DNA from: Dehalococcoidia bacterium
GTDB taxonomy: Bacteria; Chloroflexota; Dehalococcoidia; Bin125
Assembly (NCBI GenBank): GCA_963663895.2
Contig: CAXXRD010000001.1
Coordinates: 672,001 to 736,000 of the forward strand
DNA length: 64,000 nucleotides
Direction: 5' to 3'
The notes under the pieces were generated by a model that saw nothing but the letters and a program-made list of their open reading frames with translations, made no database searches and was not told the DNA's origin. Below are positions 57,355-64,000 of the stretch, one piece after another. How positions within the stretch are numbered: position 1 is the first letter of the stretch; each line of letters begins with the position of its first letter. Position numbers and translations under genes: made by a program.

Positions 57355-58308
57355 CTAGAGACCCCCAATGAAGGGACACAGTGCCGCCAGGAAGCCCGGG
57401 GTGTTCTGCCCATGCACGTTGTGTCCCGCCTTGGGCACGATCGCGAGTTGGCCGCGCGGTAGCGCCGCCGCGAAGCGCTCGGCAGCGGCGGGCTCCAGCA
57501 CCTCGGAGTCCCCGCCGCGAATGATCAGGGTTGGGCAGCCGATCGCCCGCACGCTTTCCAGGTCGGCGGGCCGGCCTTCGCCCATGGGACGCCGCTTGGC
57601 GAACTCGGCGTCGTGCAGCATGCGATCGGACTTGGCGATGAAGCGCCCGTCCGCGCGCTCCAACAGGTTGTAGCGCACGGTCCGCTGAATGTGCTCGGGC
57701 GAGCGGTACGGATCGTACTTCGTCACGCGATCGACGAACTGATCGATGCTGTCAAACTCGGCGTTCGCCAAGATGAAGTTGCGGACCGCTTGCGATCCTT
57801 GCTGCGAGATCTCCGGCGCCGTATCGACGATCACCAGCGCCCGTGGTAACGCGGGCGTTTCCGCAGCCAAGGTCATCGTCACGAGCCCGCCGAGGGAATG
57901 TCCCACGATGATCGGGTCCACCAAGCCGAGCTGGGCAATGAAGCCACGCGCGTCCGCCGCGAGCGCGGACACGGAATAGTCGGCGTCGCGCGACCATTCG
58001 CTATCGCCATGGCCTCGCTGGTCGAGCGCGTAGATGTGAAATCTGTCGGCCAAGTAGAGGCTGACCAGGTCCCACGAGTGCGCCGATTGATTGCCACCGT
58101 GGATCAGGAGGAGAGGCGGAGCGTCTGGATCGCCCCATTCCAGAAAGTGGAGCCGCAGATGGCGGACCACCGTGTTCCGCGAGAAGTAGGGCACGGTGGG
58201 AGCATGCGCGATGCCGAGATCATCGGCGCTCCGGAGCAGGCTCCGGAATTCGTCGGATTGGGTCATGTCGAGGGCGGTGAGGTCGTCCGCGAATTCGTTA
58301 AGGTGCAT
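57355..58308 (-). CDS. Alpha/beta hydrolase
   Basis: LIHGG, DQRGHGDS, GHSLGG, PTLIIRG, AGHNVH. Confidence 0.92.
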   Translation of the reverse strand: MHLNEFADDLTALDMTQSDEFRSLLRSADDLGIAHAPTVPYFSRNTVVRHLRLHFLEWGDPDAPPLLLIHGGNQSAHSWDLVSLYLADRFHIYALDQRGHGDSEWSRDADYSVSALAADARGFIAQLGLVDPIIVGHSLGGLVTMTLAAETPALPRALVIVDTAPEISQQGSQAVRNFILANAEFDSIDQFVDRVTKYDPYRSPEHIQRTVRYNLLERADGRFIAKSDRMLHDAEFAKRRPMGEGRPADLESVRAIGCPTLIIRGGDSEVLEPAAAERFAAALPRGQLAIVPKAGHNVHGQNTPGFLAALCPFIGGL

Positions 58309-58486
58309 GCCGCTCTCCCGGGGGACTCACACAAGATAGCTGGCCAGTAACGCTGCCGTCGGCCGCGCCGTCTGCAAGGACTCGACGTAATCGCTAATCG
58401 ATCTAAGCGGGTTGACGCCGGAACCGCGAAGAATGATAGTCGCCACGAATACACGCGAGCGTAGCGGGATACAAGGGGAATTGCTT

Positions 58487-59227
58487 ATGGCTGCCGATCA
58501 ATTGAGCCTTGAGGAGCTGCGAACACCCGCTTCCATACGAGCCTATCTCGCCGAGTTCCTGGGGACGATGTTCTTCGTCCTGATTGGAACCAGCGCGGTG
58601 ATCGTCAGCGGCTTGCTCGGAGGGGGCATAGAGGCGCTCATCGCGATCGCGATCGCCCACGGGTTGGCCATCGCCATCATGGTCTACATGACGGCCAAGA
58701 TCTCCGGCGGCCATATCAACCCGGCGGTGACCTTTGCGATGATCGTGACGCAACGGATGAAGCCGGCAAAGGGCTTCATCTACATCGTGGCGCAGGTAAC
58801 GGGCGGGATCATGGCCACGGCCCTGCTCTACCTCGCTCTGCAAAACGACTTCGGGAACCTCACCAACTTCGGGGCGCACGGCATCAGCGAGGCCGTGGCC
58901 GGAGAGGGTGGTGCGCTCCTGATTGAGATACTGATCACCGCCGTGCTGGTCATGGTGATCTTCGCGGTCGCGGTGGCGCGGGATAACTGGGGCGCCATGG
59001 CGCCGCTGGTCATCGGGCTGACGGTCATGGCGATCCACTTCGCGGCGGTCCCATTGACCGGGGCTTCAGCGAACCCGGCACGGACTTTCGGTCCGGCGCT
59101 GCTCTCCGACGCCTTCGACTCGTTCTGGGTCTACATCATCGGCCCGGCCGTCGGCGCGGCGCTGGGTGGACTGCTCTACCAGTTCGTCTTCCTCCAACCG
59201 GTCGGGGACACGCCCGAAGACGGCTAG
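58487..59227 (+). CDS. Aquaporin (MIP family)
   Basis: AEFLGT, ISGGHINPAVT, TGASANPARTFGPA, WVYIIGP: both NPA boxes present. Confidence 0.95.
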   Translation: MAADQLSLEELRTPASIRAYLAEFLGTMFFVLIGTSAVIVSGLLGGGIEALIAIAIAHGLAIAIMVYMTAKISGGHINPAVTFAMIVTQRMKPAKGFIYIVAQVTGGIMATALLYLALQNDFGNLTNFGAHGISEAVAGEGGALLIEILITAVLVMVIFAVAVARDNWGAMAPLVIGLTVMAIHFAAVPLTGASANPARTFGPALLSDAFDSFWVYIIGPAVGAALGGLLYQFVFLQPVGDTPEDG

Positions 59228-59252
59228 CCGGATCGACCATTCCTGCTCGAGG

Positions 59253-59286
59253 GAGAGGACGGGGGCCGGCTGGCCCCCGTCCTCTC
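59253..59286 (+). terminator. Strong hairpin after the aquaporin gene (putative terminator)
   Basis: GAGAGGACGGGGGCC-GGCT-GGCCCCCGTCCTCTC, 15-bp perfect stem; no U-tract. Confidence 0.6.
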
Positions 59287-59381
59287 GTGCAGCGCTTGCC
59301 CCGGCGCAGCCGGAGCGCCTAGCTTACACTCGATTCCCACCGTCGCTCACTGCAGCGCTCACGAAAGAAGGAGTTCGTTCC

Positions 59382-59846
59382 ATGGCCAAGCTGTCCGAGG
59401 TGGAGGCGGCTTTCGCGATGCTCGACACCGTCATCAACAGCGTGCTGGACGCTCTGGACGGTCTCAGCGCCGAGGAGCTCAACTGGACGCCGCCCGTGGC
59501 CGACAGCAACAGCGCTTTGGTGATCGCCACGCACGTGATCGGCGCCTCGCAAGGCCACATCCTCCAAACCCTCTGCGGGCAATCCATCGACCGCGACCGC
59601 GCGGAGGAGTTCCGCGCCAGCGGCGGCTCGGCGGCCCCGCTGCGGGCGGCCTGGGACACGGTCCGCGCTCGGTTGAATACGGCGCTCGACGGCGTCGACG
59701 GCACCCGGCTCGACGCCACGCACGAGCATCCGATCCTCGGCCCCATGACCGGGCACACGATCCTCGCCGTCGCCATCCGCCACGCCGCCGAGCACTTGGG
59801 ACACGTTAGCCTCACGCGCGCGCTGATCTTGGCTCAGCGCTCCTAG
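59382..59846 (+). CDS. DinB/DUF664 family protein
   Basis: LSAEELNWTP, NSALVIATHVIG, RDRAEEF, HAAEHLGH; AAGGAG SD. Confidence 0.85.
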   Translation: MAKLSEVEAAFAMLDTVINSVLDALDGLSAEELNWTPPVADSNSALVIATHVIGASQGHILQTLCGQSIDRDRAEEFRASGGSAAPLRAAWDTVRARLNTALDGVDGTRLDATHEHPILGPMTGHTILAVAIRHAAEHLGHVSLTRALILAQRS

Positions 59847-59928
59847 CAGGCGGTTGGCTTCGCAGGCGCGAGGCAACTCCCGGCGGGAGGACCGAGCGTC
59901 AGCCACACACACGGGGAAGGAGCGGAGC

Positions 59929-60864
59929 ATGGCCATCCACCACGAGACCCAAGCGTTCCTCGACGAGATCGCGGCCGCAGGCGGCAAGTCCTGGAACCAA
60001 ATGACCCCCGCCGAAGCACGGGAAACTTGGTACACGGTCTGCACCTTGTTCTCCGGCGGTCCCGAATCCATAGCCGCCACGGAAGATCGGGTGATCCCCG
60101 GCCCCCTCGGCCCGATCGAGCTGCGCAGCTACACGCCAAAGGGAACGGGGCCATTCCCCGCATTGGTGTATCTGCACGGCGGCGGCTGGGTGGTAGGGAC
60201 GGCGGACACCTATCAGGCCGCCAGCCGGGCGCTAGCGAACGCAACGGGAGCCAAGGTCTTCTTCCCGAGCTACCGACTGGCGCCCGAGTACAAGTACCCA
60301 GCCGCTGCGGAGGATTGCTACGCCGCCGTGCGGTGGGTCGCCGAGAACGCGGCCATGCTTACTATCGACCCCGCCCGAATCGCGGTGGGCGGGGACAGCG
60401 CCGGGGGCAATCTCACCGCAGCCGTGGCCCTGATGGCGCGAGACCGCGGCGGCCCGGCGCTCGCCTTCCAACTCCTGATCTACCCCGTCACGGACCATCG
60501 CTTCGACACGGGCTCCTACCAAGAGTTTGCCAGCGGCTACCTGCTGGAAGCTGCGGATATGCGCTGGTTCTGGGACCACTATCTGCCGAACGCGCAGGCC
60601 GGCGAAGAGCCGTACGCCTCGCCGCTGCGGGCCGATCACCTGCGCGGGCTGCCCCCGGCGCTGGTGATGACGGCCGAGTGCGACGTGCTCCGCGACGAAG
60701 GTGAAGCGTACGCCGCGAGGTTGCGGGAGGATGGCGTGTCCGTGACCCTGAGCCGCTACACAGGGACGATCCACGGCTTCATGCATCCGCTCGAGGGTCG
60801 GTTGCCCTTCGCGCAGGACGGCCTAGCAGAGATCGGCGCCGCCGTGAAAACGGCGTTGTCCTAG
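59929..60864 (+). CDS. Hormone-sensitive-lipase-family esterase (alpha/beta hydrolase)
   Basis: YLHGGGW, YRLAPE, GDSAGGN, DVLRDEG, HGF. Confidence 0.95.
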   Translation: MAIHHETQAFLDEIAAAGGKSWNQMTPAEARETWYTVCTLFSGGPESIAATEDRVIPGPLGPIELRSYTPKGTGPFPALVYLHGGGWVVGTADTYQAASRALANATGAKVFFPSYRLAPEYKYPAAAEDCYAAVRWVAENAAMLTIDPARIAVGGDSAGGNLTAAVALMARDRGGPALAFQLLIYPVTDHRFDTGSYQEFASGYLLEAADMRWFWDHYLPNAQAGEEPYASPLRADHLRGLPPALVMTAECDVLRDEGEAYAARLREDGVSVTLSRYTGTIHGFMHPLEGRLPFAQDGLAEIGAAVKTALS

Positions 60865-60895
60865 ACGGCTCACGGCGCTTGCCGGGCCCGCGCGG

Positions 60896-61531
60896 CTAAC
60901 GCAGCTCCAGACGTCCGTTGGGCGTGCGGAGCTGCGCGATCAGGACCGGCGCTGGACCAGCGGCGACCGGCAGTTCGACACCCAGCGCGCGCAAGGTTTC
61001 CCGTACTGGGCCGGGGTGCGGGTGTTCGCCCCATAAATCGACAAGACGGCAGCCTTCCGGCGCAGCCGCGGCTGGGTGAGGCGTCCTGCCCCAATCGATC
61101 AGAAAAGGAACGAGGCCGGCACCAGGAAGGGGATCGCGGAGCACGGTCATCCGCCATTCGAGGTGGACGCCGTCCGGCCGGTCGCGGCGCCAGGAGGCGG
61201 TGTCGCCGGGGTCGTAGCCACCGGCCCGCGCGGCGGCGGCGCGGCCTTCGAGATCGTTGGCAGCGACGGCCCACGTTGCGAGCTTCGGATCGCGCAAGCC
61301 GTCTATTCCAAACGAGCGGGGGCGCTGCGGCGCCGGCTGTTTCGGATCCGGTCCGATCAGCTCCAAATACGTTCGCTCTCCGAGAGCCACCAGCGCCATC
61401 CGTGTCCCGCGGCCAGGATGCGGCCCACCTTGGAGAGGGACGACTCCGGCGCGCTCGCCGAACCAGGCAACTGCCGCGTCCAAGTCAGGGACGGCGTAGA
61501 CGATGTGATCAGGGGTGGTGAAGGCCATCAC
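60896..61531 (-). CDS. VOC family protein (glyoxalase_3 type)
   Basis: DHIVYAVPDL, GGPHPGRGT, YLELIGPD, PFLIDWG. Confidence 0.9.
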   Translation of the reverse strand: MMAFTTPDHIVYAVPDLDAAVAWFGERAGVVPLQGGPHPGRGTRMALVALGERTYLELIGPDPKQPAPQRPRSFGIDGLRDPKLATWAVAANDLEGRAAAARAGGYDPGDTASWRRDRPDGVHLEWRMTVLRDPLPGAGLVPFLIDWGRTPHPAAAAPEGCRLVDLWGEHPHPGPVRETLRALGVELPVAAGPAPVLIAQLRTPNGRLELR

Positions 61532-61574
61532 ACCGCGCTCGTCAGCCCGCGTGTCCGTCCCCCGACCAGGCCGC

Positions 61575-62747
61575 CTATGCGCCCGCCTGCGCTTCGAACG
61601 CGGAGCGCGCCCGTTGGAGGCGTGCGGGATCCGTGAAGAGATCGTTGGCGGTCAGGGCCATCGCGGTAGCGGCCGTGAGCATCGCCTCGTGCGCCTCCGG
61701 GGTCGCGGCCGCCGCCGTGAACTCGGGCGTGTGGTTCCCGCCGGCGGTCTCGATCGCGAACATCGGGTGGATCGAGGGCACCACGTGGCTGACATTGCCC
61801 ATGTCCGTGCTGCCGGCCGTCGGTCCAACGCCCTTAGGGGGCAGCATGATGCCGAGGGCGCCAATGTGCGCGACGTAGGCCTCCGCGAGGGGATCGTTGC
61901 TGGCCATGTTGTAGTAGGGATGACCGACCCAGCGATGCTCCAAGCGACAGCCGGTCGACTGCGCAGCGCCTGTGAAGCAGGCGAGAACACGCTCCTTGAG
62001 CGTAGCCAGTTTGGTGTTGTCGCGCGCGCGCAGGTAGAAGTCGGCGGCAGTGTGGTCGGGGATGATGTTGGGCTTGGCACCGCCGTCGGTCACGATGCCG
62101 TGCACCCGCGTATCGGGCTCGAGCTGTTGCCGCAGCGCGGCGATACCGTTGTATGCGAGCACGAAAGCATCGAGGGCGTTGATTCCCTCCCACGGGTAGG
62201 CCGCCGCGTGCGCGTTCTTCCCGTGGAATTCCACCTCCAGCTCGTGCAAGGCCATGATGGCCGGCCACGCGTTATTGCCCGGTGAAGGATGCAGCATCAT
62301 CGCGACATCGACCTGCGCGAACGCGCCACGGTCGATCAGAATGATCTTGCCGCCGCCGCCTTCCTCCGCGGGCGTTCCCAAGACCAGCAGCGTGCCCGCG
62401 CCGGGGGGCAGGGCCTCTTTCACCCCGATGGCGGCGGCCGCACCGGAAGCGGCGATGAGGTTATGGCCGCAAGCGTGGCCGATCTCCGGAAGGGCGTCGT
62501 ACTCGCAGAGCAGGGCGATGGTGGGGCTGCCGCTGCCGAAACGCGCGACGAACGCCGTCTCGATGCCGTGGGCGCCCCGCTCCACGATGAAGCCACGCGC
62601 CTCCAGGAAGGTGGTCAGTGCGGCGTGAGCGTGGCGCTCCTCGAAGTTGAGCTCGGGGTGCGCATGGATATCGAGACTCAGCACCCGCAGGTCATCGGAA
62701 AGGGCGCGGATGGTGCGCTGGATCGTGTCTGTGCTCGCGGCGCTCAT
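61575..62747 (-). CDS. M20-family amidohydrolase
   Basis: HAHPELNFEE, EYDALP, HACGHN, TPAEEGGGGK, HAAAYPWEGINALD, GSTDMGNVS. Confidence 0.94.
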   Translation of the reverse strand: MSAASTDTIQRTIRALSDDLRVLSLDIHAHPELNFEERHAHAALTTFLEARGFIVERGAHGIETAFVARFGSGSPTIALLCEYDALPEIGHACGHNLIAASGAAAAIGVKEALPPGAGTLLVLGTPAEEGGGGKIILIDRGAFAQVDVAMMLHPSPGNNAWPAIMALHELEVEFHGKNAHAAAYPWEGINALDAFVLAYNGIAALRQQLEPDTRVHGIVTDGGAKPNIIPDHTAADFYLRARDNTKLATLKERVLACFTGAAQSTGCRLEHRWVGHPYYNMASNDPLAEAYVAHIGALGIMLPPKGVGPTAGSTDMGNVSHVVPSIHPMFAIETAGGNHTPEFTAAAATPEAHEAMLTAATAMALTANDLFTDPARLQRARSAFEAQAGA

Positions 62748-62762
62748 GGTTTCCCTCGATCG

Positions 62763-63578
62763 CTAACCAGTAAACATCCCTCCGTCGACGGAGAGTATTT
62801 CACCTGTGACGTAGCTGGACTCGTCGGACGCCAAGAAGAGCGCCGCGCCAGCGATCTCCTCAGGTTGGGCAAAGCGGTTCATGGGCGTGATGTTGCGGAT
62901 CTGCGCACTGGCGACTGCGTCCGCGAGGATGGTCGCCGCCATCGGCGTCTCAACCAAGCCGGGCGCCAGCGCGTTGACGCGAATGTGGTGGGCAGCCAGC
63001 TCACCGGCAAGGACCTTGGTGAGCATCCAGACCCCCGCTTTCGAGACGCAATAGTCGCCGATCCCCCGGAAGGGAAGAAAGCCGGCGGCCGATCCCAGAT
63101 TGACGATCGACCCGGGGGCGCCGCCCTCGATCATGCGACGTGCGACCGCCCGGTTGCTCAGCATCACCCCGTTCAGGTTGACGGCCAGTACCCGCTCCCA
63201 AGAGCGCAGGGACTTGGTGAGCAGGGCGCCAGCCTCCCAGCCGGTCGCGGCGCGGATCCGCTTGGTGCGGTCGCCGCGACGCGTAACGCCATGGGCGATC
63301 CCCGCCGCGGCGACGAGCACGTCGATCCGGCCGAAGCGCTCGACCGCGGCGTCAGCCATCGCCTCGCAAGCCGGCTCGGAGGCCGTGTCGGTCTCCACGA
63401 AGCAGGCTGCCTCCCCAACAGCCTCCACTTCCGCAGCGACGGCGGCCCCGCGCTCCGCGTCAAGGTCGGCCACGAGGATCGCAGCGCCCTCGGCGGCGAA
63501 GCGAAGGGCGCAGGCGCGGCCGATCCCGCTTGCGCCTCCGGTCACGACGGCCACCTTGTCCGTCAATCGCCCGCTCAC
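62763..63578 (-). CDS. SDR-family oxidoreductase
   Basis: TGGASGIG, YCVSK, IRVNALAPG, VDGG; start 63578 or 63599. Confidence 0.92.
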   Translation of the reverse strand: MSGRLTDKVAVVTGGASGIGRACALRFAAEGAAILVADLDAERGAAVAAEVEAVGEAACFVETDTASEPACEAMADAAVERFGRIDVLVAAAGIAHGVTRRGDRTKRIRAATGWEAGALLTKSLRSWERVLAVNLNGVMLSNRAVARRMIEGGAPGSIVNLGSAAGFLPFRGIGDYCVSKAGVWMLTKVLAGELAAHHIRVNALAPGLVETPMAATILADAVASAQIRNITPMNRFAQPEEIAGAALFLASDESSYVTGEILSVDGGMFTG

Positions 63579-63912
63579 AACCGTCTCACCGCTCTGCAAC
63601 GCTCTCGTCCAACCCGTCCCCGCATTTCAACGCTCGGCTTCGCCATGAGAAGCACGCTCTGCACCGGCCGATCCTCTGGCCTGCCCCTGCGTTTCGTACA
63701 GCGGTCGGATTCTACCGCCCGGGGGCGGGACGGCGTTCGACCCGGAGGGGCGGGCAGAGTCGGGCCAGAGTTAACGGAGCGTAACTTGCTGGGGCCTCAT
63801 CCCCGAGGCGCTGCTACGATGCGGCCGGAGGCTCAAGAGCGACGGCAGCGCCGATGATAAAGTTCGTGGCGGTCTGCCTCCCCAGCAGGGACCGCCAAGG
63901 AAGCTTCGAGTG

Positions 63913-64000
63913 ATGGTGAAGCCAACGGTCGAAACCGACCGCGCTGGCCGGGAGCGTGACCGCGTCACGATCCGCTTTGCCGGCGACTCCGGCGACGGCA
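63913..64000 (+). CDS. 2-oxoacid:acceptor oxidoreductase alpha subunit, partial (runs off window end)
   Basis: MVKPTVETDRAGRERDRVTIRFAGDSGDG; IRFAGDSGDG is the KorA N-terminal signature. Confidence 0.8.
   Translation, partial: MVKPTVETDRAGRERDRVTIRFAGDSGDG

Noticed and set aside
63932-63953. Third copy of the men operator (AAACCGAC)
   Set aside because: Only one half-site, inside the korA coding sequence.
1-64000. CRISPR arrays, tRNA/rRNA genes, prophage genes, transposases or integrases
   Set aside because: No regularly spaced repeats, cloverleaf/T-loop motifs, rRNA signatures or such proteins were recognised; a manual read can miss short RNAs.

Overview
A high-GC, gene-dense bacterial chromosome segment. 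The gene content (F420-dependent LLM/PPOX enzymes, DinB proteins, SCO1664 family, 2-oxoacid:ferredoxin oxidoreductases, classical men pathway) suggests a Chloroflexota/Dehalococcoidia-like organism; this taxon call is inference. About 55 CDS are mostly metabolic: menF-menD-menC, menG/tetR-menB-menA, metE plus a MetE2-type protein, split purH (AICAR formyltransferase + PurO-like cyclohydrolase), korAB, pepN, nhaA, an aquaporin, yhaO-yhaN and two fused CoA-transferases. The main non-routine signals are: (1) a palindromic operator AAACCGAC-N6-GTCGGTTT just downstream of near-identical sigma70 promoters at both menaquinone loci, pointing to a TetR-controlled men regulon; (2) a 687-bp transposase-less cassette with 23-bp terminal inverted repeats and an 8-bp target duplication, carrying only an endonuclease VII gene; (3) a lower-GC two-gene island encoding a GHKL/MORC ATPase-nuclease fusion and an SPPY DNA methyltransferase; (4) an NpmA/KamB-like 16S rRNA m1A1408 methyltransferase; (5) candidate structured leaders before nhaA (Na+ riboswitch-like) and metE; (6) a CoA-transferase with Gln at the catalytic Glu position, and a frameshifted M3 peptidase. 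No CRISPR array, tRNA or rRNA was seen. All protein calls come from motif recognition by eye, not database searches.
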